NCBI GenBank assembly: GCA_963716725.1
Contig: CAVQUB010000003.1
Coordinates: 128,001 to 192,000, forward strand
Direction: 5' to 3'
Source of the DNA: an uncultured delta proteobacterium
Lineage (GTDB): Bacteria > Myxococcota_A > Polyangia > Polyangiales > Polyangiaceae
DNA length: 64,000 bases
Position numbers and translations under genes: made by a program. Shown in pieces: positions 10,228 through 20,696 of the stretch (positions within the stretch are counted from its first letter, which is position 1; the number at the start of each line of letters is the position of its first letter). The notes below the pieces were generated by a model. The model ran no database searches, was not told the origin of the DNA, and worked only from the letters and a program-made list of their open reading frames with translations.

Positions 10228-10278
10228 GCGCGCACCAAATGTGCCATCGCCCGGTCCATCGGCTACGATTGGGTCGCA

Positions 10279-10923
10279 ATGCAGAAGCTCCTGAGGTTTC
10301 TGCTCTGGACCGCTCTCATCGTCGGCGTGTTGGTCGGAATCGCCCGAGCGACCGCCATACGCTGGTGGCGAATTCCCGAGGGTGACCCGTATCTCGAAGC
10401 GTCCATCGCTCCGACCTTGCGCGGGGGTGATCTGATCATCCTCTGGCGACTCACGCCGCCCAAGTTCGGCGACCTGGTGCTGTGCCCCGAACCCGGCACT
10501 CCAGAGCGCATGGTCGTCGGTCGGATCATCGGCGATCCGGGGGACAAGGTCCGGATCGAGGGCGCTCGCGTGGTCGTGAACGGCCGCGCTGCGGAGACCG
10601 AGCACGCCTGCAAGCCCCGCACCTTCAAGGTCTTTCACCCCAGCACGGGCGCGGAGATCGAGCAGAACTGCGACGTCGAGGCGGTCGCAGGCGTGTCGCA
10701 CATGCGCGGCGCGACGGGCGGGCACGGCGTGCAGGCCTCGCCTGTCGATCAGTCCGTCGAGGCCGGCAAATACTTCCTGGTCAGCGACAACCGGCTCTTG
10801 CCCTATGATTCCCGTGATTTTGGCCTGGTCGATCTGGCAACCTGCAAGGAAACGGTGGCATTCCGCCTGGTCAGCCGAGCAGGTTACCTGGACTCCGACG
10901 CGCGCTTCAGCGTGATCCGCTAG
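10279..10923 (+). CDS. Signal peptidase I (S26)-like protein, catalytic Lys apparently missing
   Basis: ASIAPTL (box B), VVGRIIGDPGD (box D), SDNR..YDSR (box E). Confidence 0.75.
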   Translation: MQKLLRFLLWTALIVGVLVGIARATAIRWWRIPEGDPYLEASIAPTLRGGDLIILWRLTPPKFGDLVLCPEPGTPERMVVGRIIGDPGDKVRIEGARVVVNGRAAETEHACKPRTFKVFHPSTGAEIEQNCDVEAVAGVSHMRGATGGHGVQASPVDQSVEAGKYFLVSDNRLLPYDSRDFGLVDLATCKETVAFRLVSRAGYLDSDARFSVIR

Positions 10924-10962
10924 CCTTTGGCCCCGGGTTTTTCTAGCGTGGGGGCAGTTGGA

Positions 10963-12045
10963 ATGGGTGAGCCCGCTCTCGAGCTCGGAATCGTCTGTGG
11001 GCACTGCGACGCATGCAGTCCCCTCGGGACGAATATCTGCGCGGGTTGCGGCCAAATTTTGCGGCTTTTTCTCGACGGAGCAGAGATCCCGATCCGGGTG
11101 CCCAGCATCGCGCCGCCTGGGGCGGTGTTCGACGACGACACGACCGTCTCCTTCGATACGCGAGAAGTCCGTTCCCAGACGGCAGAAATTGATCGAGTCT
11201 CGGTTGACGTTGGCCGCGCCCCAGTGGGGAGAGCGGAGGAGGAACGGATGGATCAAGCAAGGAACTACGTCTGTGAATCGTGCATGAGCCCGGTGCCAAG
11301 TGGGCACAAGTTTTGCGGGCGCTGTGGAACGCCGGTTCCGGACCACATCCTGAACATCCAAGCCAACTTCTTCAGCGACATGCAGGACCCCGAGAAGGCC
11401 CGCGTCGTCGTGATCCGCGGCCAAGACCGGCACGGTGGAGAACAAGAGGGTCTGTCCTATCACCTGAAGGCCGACCAACACCTGGCAGGGCACGGGCTCG
11501 ACCTGGATTTCTCCGACGACCCTTACGTCTCGCCCAAGCACGCCAACTTCTTCTACCGCAGCGGCGCCTTGGTGATTCGCGACGAGGGCTCGCTCAACGG
11601 CGTGTTCTTCCGGATCCGCGGCGGAGTCGAGGTCGCGCCGGGCGACACCTTCATGGTCGGCGAGCAGTTGTTCCGCCTGGACCCGACGCCCAAGGCCTCC
11701 GACGGCAACGACTCGGAGGGCACGTTCTTCTACTCGTCACCCAAGTATCCGAGCGCGTTTCGGCTCAACCAGCTGCTCGAAGGCGGCGCCGTCGGCATGA
11801 CGGTGTGCGCTCGGGGAAATACCCTGAATATCGGTCGCGAAGACGGCGACCTCAACTTCCCCGGCGACGTGTTCATGTCGGCCAAGCACTGCACCGTCGA
11901 GGAGAAGGACGGGAAGTTCATGCTGACGGATCACGGGAGCCGCAACGGCACGTACATCCGACTCAAGAGCGAGAAGCCGCTCGCCCACGGCGACTACCTC
12001 TTCTTGGGCAAGAAGCTGGTACGCGTCGAGATGAACAGCAACTGA
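10963..12045 (+). CDS. Zinc-ribbon plus tandem FHA domain protein
   Basis: CxxC pairs; FHA motifs SPKH/SLNG and GR..SAKH..SRNGT; start uncertain. Confidence 0.8.
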   Translation: MGEPALELGIVCGHCDACSPLGTNICAGCGQILRLFLDGAEIPIRVPSIAPPGAVFDDDTTVSFDTREVRSQTAEIDRVSVDVGRAPVGRAEEERMDQARNYVCESCMSPVPSGHKFCGRCGTPVPDHILNIQANFFSDMQDPEKARVVVIRGQDRHGGEQEGLSYHLKADQHLAGHGLDLDFSDDPYVSPKHANFFYRSGALVIRDEGSLNGVFFRIRGGVEVAPGDTFMVGEQLFRLDPTPKASDGNDSEGTFFYSSPKYPSAFRLNQLLEGGAVGMTVCARGNTLNIGREDGDLNFPGDVFMSAKHCTVEEKDGKFMLTDHGSRNGTYIRLKSEKPLAHGDYLFLGKKLVRVEMNSN

Positions 12046-12049
12046 CCTG

Positions 12050-13492
12050 CTAGCGGCGGCGGCGACGGCGGCGACGCTTGGGGCCGAGCTCGGAGGAGTC
12101 CGCGGGTGGTGCGCCCGTGGGCTCTTGCCGCGCATGGCCGAGAGCGGTGCGATGGATCTGGTACACCTCTTCGGCCAGAGCGAAGAGCGGCGTCTTTGCG
12201 AAGCGACCCGTGCGACCGGACTCGAGACGCGGATAGATGGCCACGATCCGCCGCACCGCGTCCGCGATCCGACGCGGAACGTTGAGTCGATCGATGATCG
12301 GCTCGAGGAAGTCGGAGGCGGCCTCGACTCGGTCCTTCTCGCCGCGGGTGATCTCCTGCATCGGCTCGAGCAAGAGCAAGGTCCAGAGCACGACGTCGTC
12401 GAAGGCGCCGCCCCGCTCGCGGGTTTGGTGGTCGAGCTCGCGCAAGATGCGCCACACGATGCCGTCGTCCTCTTCACAATCCGAGAGGTAAGCCGACAGC
12501 TCGGGCAAGAGCACGTCGAGCACGCCCGTCTCCCACGCCAACCAGAACGATCGCTGGGAAGCGCCCTCGCGAAGCAGGCGCAGCAGCTCTTCGAAAAGCC
12601 GCGGGCGCGCGGCCATGGCCAAAGATCCGCGGCACTGCACGATGGCGTCGTACACGTCGGGAGTGATGCCCAGGTCGAGTCGCGCGCTGAACTTGATCGC
12701 CCGCAAGATGCGCACTGGATCTTCTTGGAAGCGCACCACCGGATCACCGATGGTGTGCACCACGCGGCCTTCGATGTGGGGCATGCCCCCGACCCAGTCG
12801 ATGACCTCGCGATTCTCGACGTCGTAAAACAGCGCGTTGATGGTGAAGTCACGCCGCGCGGCGTCTTCGTGGGCGTCACCGAAGACGTTGTCGTTGCGGA
12901 TCAGGAGGTCTTCGCCCTCACGCTCGTTGGCTTCGGGCGCGCGCCGGAAGGTCGCGGTCTCGATGACCTTGCCGCCGGCAAAGAGCACGTGGACCAGGCG
13001 GAAGCGTCGGCCGATGATCCGGGAGTTGCGGAACAACGTGCGCACGTCGTCGGGACGGGCGCTGGTCGCGATGTCGAAGTCCTTGGGGCTGCGATCGAGC
13101 AGCAGATCGCGGACTCCGCCGCCGACGACGTAGGCCTCGTAGCCGTGGCGAAGCAGGCGCCGCACGACCTTGACGGCGTCGGGGTCCAAGCGGCGATCGC
13201 CGAGGTCGACGGAGTGACGCGTCGGTGCGACGCCCGACGGCTCCACTTCGGGCGCCGGGGGGGCAGGAGGCACACGCGCTCCGTCGCGAGGCTTTGAAGC
13301 CGAACGACGGCTCACGTTGCCGGAGGCGGCTTCGGCGACGGAACGTTTGCTCTTCGCTTCATCGGCGTGCCGAAGAGGACGATCATCAGCGGCCAGTGAC
13401 AGGCTCCTCGATTCTGGGACGAAACGGCCCAGCGCGTTAGGCGTGTAGCAGGCTCCGCCCGGCAAAGCCAGCCCAGGGGGCGGTACGGTCAT
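12050..13492 (-). CDS. pcnB: Poly(A) polymerase I
   Basis: VGGGVRDLL..PKDFD, PAP signature IIGRRFRLVHV, RRDFTINA, EDPVRILR; true start uncertain, probably downstream of 13492. Confidence 0.9.
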   Translation of the reverse strand: MTVPPPGLALPGGACYTPNALGRFVPESRSLSLAADDRPLRHADEAKSKRSVAEAASGNVSRRSASKPRDGARVPPAPPAPEVEPSGVAPTRHSVDLGDRRLDPDAVKVVRRLLRHGYEAYVVGGGVRDLLLDRSPKDFDIATSARPDDVRTLFRNSRIIGRRFRLVHVLFAGGKVIETATFRRAPEANEREGEDLLIRNDNVFGDAHEDAARRDFTINALFYDVENREVIDWVGGMPHIEGRVVHTIGDPVVRFQEDPVRILRAIKFSARLDLGITPDVYDAIVQCRGSLAMAARPRLFEELLRLLREGASQRSFWLAWETGVLDVLLPELSAYLSDCEEDDGIVWRILRELDHQTRERGGAFDDVVLWTLLLLEPMQEITRGEKDRVEAASDFLEPIIDRLNVPRRIADAVRRIVAIYPRLESGRTGRFAKTPLFALAEEVYQIHRTALGHARQEPTGAPPADSSELGPKRRRRRRRR

Positions 13493-15405
13493 TCTGGGCC
13501 GCTGCGGCGCGCCCCGCGGACCGCGCGGGTGGCGGCGGACCGACGCGGCAGGGAGGTGGCCCCCAGGCGGACGATGGCAGCTCGCAGCGCCGGGTCGTCG
13601 ACGACACCGACCACGCCTCGGTGGGGCGGCCAGCTCGGCCCGCCGATGGAGGCCGGCGCGCGGACGTCGGGCCCCTGCCACGGGCCGATGCTGCCGGCGA
13701 TGGCTCGCTCCCGCTCGACGACCCTCGGCAGGTCGAGGGCGAGCGTTGGAGTGAGCCCCACTCCTTGCAGCGCCGCTCCGTCCGGAAGCGCGAACAGCAT
13801 GGTCGTGAGTCGCAGCACACCCGCCCCCGCCGGGTCATCGAAGTACTCTTGCACGCAACCCTTGCCGAAGGTCCGCGAACCCAGCACGGGCCCGCGGCGA
13901 TAGGCCTGCACGGCGCCGGCAATCATCTCCGCTGCGCTCGCAGTGTAGCCATCCACGAGCGCGGCGACCGGACCGCTCCACACATGACCTTCGGCGGGCG
14001 GCGGCGCGTGCTGCAGTTCGATCACCCCGTCGCGGCGCTTCAAGGGAAAGACCGGCGCCCCGGGCAAGAAGACCCCGATGGCGCGCACGGCGCCGTCCAT
14101 CGACCCGCCGCCGTTGCCGCGCAGGTCGAGCACGACACCGACGGGCGGCCGCTCGCTTGCGGCCAACTCGGCGACCACGCGCTCGAGGTCTTCGCCGAGC
14201 TCGTCGGGAACGTCAGGCAGCGTGACGATCGCGACCTCGGAAGCGCCGTAGGCCGCTCGACGAAGGCCGAGTCCTGGATCCATGACGGCTTCGTCTTCGG
14301 GTTGGTCGAGCGGAACGTCAAAAGCCCTCGACGTCCGATCTCCGCGCCGTAGCACCACGACACTGCGGGTGGTCTCACCGCCAATCGACTCGAGGTGCGC
14401 GAGCTGCTCCGCTTGTTCGACGCTGAGCCCTGCGGTGGCGACGCCGCCGACCGCCAGCACGAGGTCACCCTCGACGAGGGGGGGCATCGGGTCGTCGACC
14501 ACTCGCACGCCGAGGGCGGTTCGGACCATTTTTCCCCAGAGTCGCGGCTCCCCGTCCAGGGCGGGATCGGTCGCGTAGAGCGCCCACTCTTCGTCGAGCG
14601 GCGCCCACTGTCCGTGGGGATCCACCGCGGGCACGTAGGCCCGGAGCGCAGCCGCGAGCACTGCGTGGGACCAAGCTTCGACGGATTGATCGGGGGCGAG
14701 GCGCGCCACCGCCGCTTCGACCGCGCCCGCGACGCCGCCAAACTCGGCTTCGAAGTCGCCGATGCGCGCCCCCAAGTCCCGAGCCAAGAGCTTGGCGGGG
14801 CGCGTCACGGGATCGTCTTGGAACACGGACTCCGCGGCGCGGAGAAACGCTCTCTCGCCCCGCGCTCGCGGAGCGCTGTGCCGCGCCCGATCGAGCTCAG
14901 CCCGAACCTCGAGCACCCAGTCGCGAGCCACGCGGCCAACCTCCTCCGACGCCCCACAGGGCGTCTCGGATCGCGAATCGGTCTCGAGCTCCACCACGAT
15001 GCGCGCTGCGCTGCGCCGGAGCGCGCGCTTGACGGGGCTGTCGGGCGCTGCTGACCAGAGCCCGTGAGGGTCGAGCCACTCGGTGACTCCCACCATGATC
15101 TGCTCGGGTGAGGGCGAGAGCGGCGGCGCGGCGAGCTTGGCGCGGATCTGCGCCACGATACGGCGAGCCTCTCGGCACCGGACCATCGTTGCGCCACCGG
15201 TGGGCAACTCGAGAGGGCGCGTGGAGCAGGACGCGGGATCGTCGCCTGGGTCCGCCTCGAGCACCACCGGCGGGACGACCTGCGGTGGCGTGGCGGGCGC
15301 CGTCACTGGTCCGAGCGCGGGCCCGCCGGACGACGCTCCGATCACCAGCGGCGTCGCGAAAGCGAGCGCAAGGGCCAGGGCGGCGCGGGGACGCATCGGG
15401 GTCAC
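13489..15405 (-). CDS. S41 carboxyl-terminal protease
   Basis: DLRGNGGG, TASAAE, TFGKG; PDZ-like region; signal peptide. Confidence 0.85.
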   Translation of the reverse strand: MTPMRPRAALALALAFATPLVIGASSGGPALGPVTAPATPPQVVPPVVLEADPGDDPASCSTRPLELPTGGATMVRCREARRIVAQIRAKLAAPPLSPSPEQIMVGVTEWLDPHGLWSAAPDSPVKRALRRSAARIVVELETDSRSETPCGASEEVGRVARDWVLEVRAELDRARHSAPRARGERAFLRAAESVFQDDPVTRPAKLLARDLGARIGDFEAEFGGVAGAVEAAVARLAPDQSVEAWSHAVLAAALRAYVPAVDPHGQWAPLDEEWALYATDPALDGEPRLWGKMVRTALGVRVVDDPMPPLVEGDLVLAVGGVATAGLSVEQAEQLAHLESIGGETTRSVVVLRRGDRTSRAFDVPLDQPEDEAVMDPGLGLRRAAYGASEVAIVTLPDVPDELGEDLERVVAELAASERPPVGVVLDLRGNGGGSMDGAVRAIGVFLPGAPVFPLKRRDGVIELQHAPPPAEGHVWSGPVAALVDGYTASAAEMIAGAVQAYRRGPVLGSRTFGKGCVQEYFDDPAGAGVLRLTTMLFALPDGAALQGVGLTPTLALDLPRVVERERAIAGSIGPWQGPDVRAPASIGGPSWPPHRGVVGVVDDPALRAAIVRLGATSLPRRSAATRAVRGARRSGPE

Positions 15406-15496
15406 GAGATGCTAGCCTGCCCCTGGAGCCGGGACCATTCGCCGGATTTCGCCCGATCGGGCCGGCGGTTCCGGCTCCCGCCCCTCCTCGGCTAAG

Positions 15497-15994
15497 GTGC
15501 TTTCCGTGTTCGACGCGTTGGTGCTCCTCGGCTGTCGCATCGGCCCGAGGGGTGCGCTAACCGACACCGCTCGTCGCCGGGTGGATCGTGCCGCTCTCGC
15601 CTTCGCGGGCGGGCTCGCTCCACGCGTCATCGTCAGCGGCGGACGGCGTTGGGATCGTCGGGCCGAAGCCGAGGTGTTGGCGAAGGCCCTGGTCACGAGC
15701 GGCGTCCCGGAGCACGCACTGCTCTTGGAACTCTTGAGCTTCTCCACTTGCGAGAACGCCCGCTACAGCGTCGCCATCGCGCGGGACCTCGGCCTCGAAC
15801 GGATCGGCGTGGTCACCTGCGACTGGCACATGCGGCGCGCCCTCGCCGCGTTCGCGCGCGCGGGCATGAATGCCGAGGCGGTCGCGGCGGCCACCCCCGC
15901 TTCGCCGATCTCCGAGCGCGTGGTCCGGACGGGCCGTGAGCGGGTGAGCTTCTGGCTAGATACCTTCGCGACCTGGGGAGCGGCGACTCCGTGA
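15497..15994 (+). CDS. YdcF/DUF218 (ElyC-like) protein
   Basis: VSGG..EAE, STCENA, VT.DWHMRRA. Confidence 0.85.
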   Translation: MLSVFDALVLLGCRIGPRGALTDTARRRVDRAALAFAGGLAPRVIVSGGRRWDRRAEAEVLAKALVTSGVPEHALLLELLSFSTCENARYSVAIARDLGLERIGVVTCDWHMRRALAAFARAGMNAEAVAAATPASPISERVVRTGRERVSFWLDTFATWGAATP

Positions 15995-18183
15995 ACTCGC
16001 GTTGGCGTCTCGTCCCGCTCGTCGCCCTCGTAGCAGCGACTGCCTGCAAGAAGACCCCAACTGCGCCCGGGACCGATGCCGCGGTAGCGCCGAGCCAGAG
16101 CGCGGCTTCGGGTCCCGGCAGCGCCGCCGATCTCGTGCGCATCACCTCCGCCGAACAGCGCCGCACGACCTCCGAGATCAAGCCCGAGGACCTCGCGAGT
16201 CGCGACTCGAAGCTGCGAAGGCGGGCAGCGCGTGCTCTGTCGCGCATCGCGGATCCCGCAGCCCTCGAGCTGCTGAAGAAGTCCCTGGCGGACGAAGACG
16301 CCGAGGTCGTGGCCTGGTCCGCCTACGGTCTGGGCTACGGCTGCAAGGGAAATGAAGCCGCGACGGTGCGCGCGCTGGTCGGGCGGGCCGCCACGCTCTC
16401 GATCACGAAGATCGACCGCAGCGGCCCCTTGGATTGGGGCGCATCCTTTGCCGACGCGCTCGGTCGCTGTGGCAACGCCGAAGCAGAGGCCACGTTGCGC
16501 GCGTGGCTCGACATCGATGACAAGAGCGAAGCCGCTGCGCTCGCGCTCGGACGCATGGCGTCTCGTCGCAAGCGCTTGGACGACGCATCCATCGTCGCGT
16601 TGCTCGACGCCGCAAGCCGGCCCGACAAACCGGTCGCCTCCGCTCTCCTCGCCTTCACCCGAATAGACGCGGGCAGCGACATGATCAAGGCCCGCTTGTT
16701 CAACGTGGCCAACGACGCGCTGTCGGACTCGGCCGGGGCTCGCCGCTCCTTCGCGGTGCGTGCACTCGGGCGGGTGGGAGACGCGGCCGTGCCCGCGCTC
16801 TCGAAGGTGCTTCGGGAGCCCTCCTTCACCGTCACCGAGCGCTCCGACGCCGCACGGGAGCTGGCGCGGATCGGAGAAGCGGGGCAAGTCGAGCTGCGCA
16901 AGAGCCTCGCCGCTTTCGTACCGAAGCCAGAGACGCGCGCGACCTTGAAGGGCGCCGAGCTCGCGCCGCTTCGGGTTATCCTCGACTCGCTGGCGCTGCC
17001 GATTCGCGACGCCAAGCCCGCTCTGGATGAAATCGCGAGCATCGAGCTTCCCAAAGCCGACCCGGCTTTCGCGAGGCGGCTCATCGGCTTGCGCTGTCGC
17101 GCCGCCTCGCTGCTGGCGGGGGAGGGCATCGCCCAGCCGAAACTCGTGGCTTGTGACCCGGATCCGGAGGGGGTCGCGGGGCGCCTCGCGCTCTTGGAGG
17201 TGCTAGCGCGCGGCAAGCTGACGGGCACACGGTTCACCCGCTTCAAAGAGCTGGTCGAGAGCAAGGCCCCGCTCGTCCGCCAGGCCGCGCTGGAGCAGCT
17301 GGGCTCGCATCCGGAAGTCGCGGAGCCGGAGTCCATCTTGGCAAAAGCGCTGCGGGCCCCGGATGCCGGGACCGTCGCCACTGCAGCCCAGGTCATCGCG
17401 AGCTACCCGGATCGCGCCGCCGAAAGACGCACCCGAACGACCGCGACCGAGGCGGTCGATGGCGCCGCTCCAGCGCCGGAACCCATCAAGCCGCACGCCT
17501 CAATCGTGGACGCGCTCACGACAGCCTTCACATTGCAGCGTGCGCCGGACTCTACCGAGGTCTGGACCGCGCTCACCGACGCCGCCGGCGCCCTGCAGAT
17601 CCTGAGCTTCAAACCCAAGCTCGACGCTTTCTGCAAGAGCCCGAACCCGGCGCTGCGCCAGCACGCGGAGAAAGCACTCCGGGTGATGGGCGAGCAGAAG
17701 CGCGAGTGCAAAGCCGAAGGCCCGGCTCCTCGTCCGTCGGAGCTCGATCACCTCGTCAGCGACAAGGTCACGCTCGTCTTCGAGACCGACTCGGGTGAAG
17801 TGAAGTTGAGCTTGGACCCGGCGCTCGCTCCGGTCGCGGTCACTCGCTTCGTCGATCTCGCTCGCTCCGGTTTTTTCGAGAAGGTCCGCATCCACCGCGT
17901 GGTGCCCGGCTTCGTGGTTCAGCTCGGCGATCCCGGTGGCGACGGCTACGGCGGCGCCGGCAAGGCGCCCCTGGCCTGCGAGACCAGCCCCATCAGCTTC
18001 GATCCGCTCAGCGTGGGCGTCGCTTTGGCGGGGCGCGACACGGGCTCCAGCCAGCTCTTCGTCACCCTGGCGGCCTTCCCGCATTTGGACGGGGACTACG
18101 CGCTGATCGGACGCGCAGAGCCGGGCTGGGAGCGCATCGCGCAGGGTGACGTCGTGCAGAGAGTGCGCGTTCTTCCGCCCTGA
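15991..18183 (+). CDS. HEAT-repeat lipoprotein with C-terminal cyclophilin-type PPIase
   Basis: Lipobox ATAC; HEAT repeats; HRVVPGFVVQLGDP, DTGSSQLF, PHLDGDY. Confidence 0.85.
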   Translation: MNSRWRLVPLVALVAATACKKTPTAPGTDAAVAPSQSAASGPGSAADLVRITSAEQRRTTSEIKPEDLASRDSKLRRRAARALSRIADPAALELLKKSLADEDAEVVAWSAYGLGYGCKGNEAATVRALVGRAATLSITKIDRSGPLDWGASFADALGRCGNAEAEATLRAWLDIDDKSEAAALALGRMASRRKRLDDASIVALLDAASRPDKPVASALLAFTRIDAGSDMIKARLFNVANDALSDSAGARRSFAVRALGRVGDAAVPALSKVLREPSFTVTERSDAARELARIGEAGQVELRKSLAAFVPKPETRATLKGAELAPLRVILDSLALPIRDAKPALDEIASIELPKADPAFARRLIGLRCRAASLLAGEGIAQPKLVACDPDPEGVAGRLALLEVLARGKLTGTRFTRFKELVESKAPLVRQAALEQLGSHPEVAEPESILAKALRAPDAGTVATAAQVIASYPDRAAERRTRTTATEAVDGAAPAPEPIKPHASIVDALTTAFTLQRAPDSTEVWTALTDAAGALQILSFKPKLDAFCKSPNPALRQHAEKALRVMGEQKRECKAEGPAPRPSELDHLVSDKVTLVFETDSGEVKLSLDPALAPVAVTRFVDLARSGFFEKVRIHRVVPGFVVQLGDPGGDGYGGAGKAPLACETSPISFDPLSVGVALAGRDTGSSQLFVTLAAFPHLDGDYALIGRAEPGWERIAQGDVVQRVRVLPP

Positions 18184-18998
18184 TGGTACGCTCCGCGACC
18201 GTGCTGCTCGCCGTCGACATCGGAAACACCAACATCGTCTTCGGTCTGTACTCGGGCCGCGAGCTGGTTCAGACCTTTCGCTTTGCGACGGTGCACACCC
18301 GGACCGCCGACGAGTACGGCGTGCTCTTGCACCAACTGCTCTCGCTGCGGACGGCGGACCCTCGCAAGGTCGACGCCTCGATCATGGCCAGTGTCGTGCC
18401 GCCGCTCACCGACGTGATGTCCGAAGCAATTCGTCACGCAGTGGGCCAGGTGCCCTTGGTGGTCGGGCCGGGGACCAAGACCGGGATCAGCATCGTCTAC
18501 GATCACCCGCGGGACGTCGGAGCGGACCGGATCGTGAACGCGGTGGCGGCCTTCGAGCGCTTCAAGAGCGGCGCTATCATCGTGGATTTCGGCACGGCCA
18601 CCACCTTCGACTGCGTATCGCCGAAGGCGGAATACCTCGGTGGCGTGATCGTGCCCGGGGTCCGGGTCAGCCTCGACGCGCTGCTGGGCAAGGCAGCCAA
18701 GCTGTCGCGCATCGAGATCGCCGAGCCTCCGCAGGTGGTCGGTCAGAACACCACGCACGCGTTGCAGTCGGGCATCGTGTACGGCTACGCCTCACTGGTC
18801 GATGGCCTGGTGCGCAAGCTGAAGGCCGAGCTCGGGTTTCCTTGCCATGTGCTGGCGACGGGCGGTCTGGCGCCGCTGATCGTGAAGCACTGCGAGATGG
18901 TCGAGGGCATCGACGATCACTTGACGCTGGAAGGGCTTCGTATCTTGCACGAGCGCAACGGCAAGGCCGAAGCTCAGCGTGGCCAGGCTGCGCAGTAG
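18183..18998 (+). CDS. coaX: Type III pantothenate kinase
   Basis: DIGNTN, VGADRIVN, DFGTATT, ATGG. Confidence 0.95.
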   Translation: MVRSATVLLAVDIGNTNIVFGLYSGRELVQTFRFATVHTRTADEYGVLLHQLLSLRTADPRKVDASIMASVVPPLTDVMSEAIRHAVGQVPLVVGPGTKTGISIVYDHPRDVGADRIVNAVAAFERFKSGAIIVDFGTATTFDCVSPKAEYLGGVIVPGVRVSLDALLGKAAKLSRIEIAEPPQVVGQNTTHALQSGIVYGYASLVDGLVRKLKAELGFPCHVLATGGLAPLIVKHCEMVEGIDDHLTLEGLRILHERNGKAEAQRGQAAQ

Positions 18999-20016
18999 GC
19001 CTGGTCGCTGGGCGTCATGTCTCGAATCGCTCGCGTTCGGTCTGCTCTTCGCAGCGCTGGTGGTGACCGTGATTGCGGCGGTGCGCTTCGGCGTCGAGCC
19101 CATCGACCTCGGCAGAGCCTTGCGCGAGCCCGAGAGCCTCGACGCGACCATCTTGTGGTCCGCGCGGTTGCCACGCGTGCTCTTGGCGTGCCTGGCCGGA
19201 GGCGCGCTCTCGGTGACCGGGGTGGCGTTTCAGGCCCTGCTCCGCAACCCGCTCGCCGACCCCTACGTGCTCGGAGTCTCGGGCGGAGCTGCCGCCGGCG
19301 CGACGCTGGCCCTGGTCGCGGGAACGAGCGCGTTTTCCATCGTGGGTGCCGCGGTGGTCCCAGCGGCAGCGCTGGCGGGCGGGCTCATCGCCACCTTCTT
19401 GGTCTACGGCATTGCGCGCGCCGGAGGCGAAGTGAGCGGCACGACCATCGTGCTCGCAGGAGTAATCGTCAACGCGATCGCCGCCAGCGTGATCACCTTC
19501 GTGAAGACGTTGGTGTCCGCCGCCAAGGCGCAAGAGCTCTTGTTCTGGCTGATGGGTTTTCTGGACGTGCCCTCGACGCCGCAGCTCATTGCCTGCGCGG
19601 TCTGGGTGACCGTCGGACTCGTGCCCATCGTGCTCGACTCCGGAAGGCTCAACCTGCTCGCGTTGGGCCGTGAGCCTGCCTCACACCTGGGCGTGGACGT
19701 GCCGCGCCTCGAACGTCGGGTGTTCTTCGCCGCCTCGGCCATCGCAGGCGCGGTGGTGAGCCTGACCGGACTGATCGGCTTCGTCGGACTGGTGGTGCCG
19801 CACGCGGTCCGGCGCATGCTGGGCCCGGACCACCGAGTGCTCGTCCCGGCCTCGCTGCTGCTCGGCGCGACCACGCTGGCCGCCTGTGATCTGGTCACCC
19901 GCGCGCTGTTCCGCTGGCTCGAGACCGAACCCCCGGTCGGCGCGGTGACCGCGCTGATCGGCGGTCCGCTCTTCCTGGTGATCCTGTACCGAAGCCGGAG
20001 CCGCGCCTTCGACTGA
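18979..20016 (+). CDS. FecCD/BtuC-family ABC transporter permease
   Basis: RLPR, RNPLADPYVLGVSGGA, GLIGFVGLVVPH; start uncertain. Confidence 0.9.
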   Translation: MARLRSRPGRWASCLESLAFGLLFAALVVTVIAAVRFGVEPIDLGRALREPESLDATILWSARLPRVLLACLAGGALSVTGVAFQALLRNPLADPYVLGVSGGAAAGATLALVAGTSAFSIVGAAVVPAAALAGGLIATFLVYGIARAGGEVSGTTIVLAGVIVNAIAASVITFVKTLVSAAKAQELLFWLMGFLDVPSTPQLIACAVWVTVGLVPIVLDSGRLNLLALGREPASHLGVDVPRLERRVFFAASAIAGAVVSLTGLIGFVGLVVPHAVRRMLGPDHRVLVPASLLLGATTLAACDLVTRALFRWLETEPPVGAVTALIGGPLFLVILYRSRSRAFD

Positions 20017-20117
20017 GCAGGTAGTGCCCTTCGCAGTGCGAAGCGGCCAACCGCGCACTGGTTGAGCCAGTTCATCGAGCCACGCGCCTTTCGTAGCGAA
20101 TACCGGCGGCACGATCC

Positions 20118-20681
20118 GTGCACTGGTTCAACCACATGACTCATCTCGTGCGGCTCTCCGGCGCCCGGCACCTCCTGATCTGCCTTCCGGTGCCGGCGGT
20201 GCCCCTGGCCCGGCTCACGCCCGCCGAGCGCGCCGTGGTCGAAGGCGTCCTCGCCGGCAAGTCGAACGCGGAGCTGGCCCGAGAGCGCTCGACCTGCACG
20301 CGCACCGTCGCCAACCAGCTCTCGGCCGCGTACCACAAGCTCGGGGTGCGTACTCGCGCGGAACTCGCCCGGAAGCTCTCGGCACCCAGCGGACACCCGA
20401 ACGCCGCGGTGCTCGAGCTGCTCACCGGGGGCTGGATCCTGACAGAGCGGGTGGACGCCGGCGATCGAGGTTGGGCCATCGCGAGGCCGCGGTCCACGCC
20501 GCTGACGACCGCCGAGATCGACGCGCTGCGCGCGCGCGCACTGGGCGCGTCGCTGGCCAAGATCGCCGCGGCGCTGGGCGTGAGCGAGCCCACGGCGTGC
20601 CGACGGGTCAAGAGCGGCATGCAGAAGCTCGGCGTTGGTTCCGTCGCAGAGCTGGCGCGGGTGTTGGCGGAGTGTGCGTGA
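20118..20681 (+). CDS. Regulator with two LuxR-type HTH domains
   Basis: LTPAE..G.SNAELA..RTVANQLSAAYHKLGV and LTTAE..G.S..IA..LGVSE.T..KLGV. Confidence 0.8.
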   Translation: MHWFNHMTHLVRLSGARHLLICLPVPAVPLARLTPAERAVVEGVLAGKSNAELARERSTCTRTVANQLSAAYHKLGVRTRAELARKLSAPSGHPNAAVLELLTGGWILTERVDAGDRGWAIARPRSTPLTTAEIDALRARALGASLAKIAAALGVSEPTACRRVKSGMQKLGVGSVAELARVLAECA

Positions 20682-20696
20682 ATCAGGTCGTCAGAC

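Noticed and set aside
18979..19040. Possible frameshift at the start of the FecCD permease (out-of-frame ATG at 19017)
   Set aside because: An in-frame GTG at 18979 gives a complete protein, and there is no homopolymer or other support for an indel.
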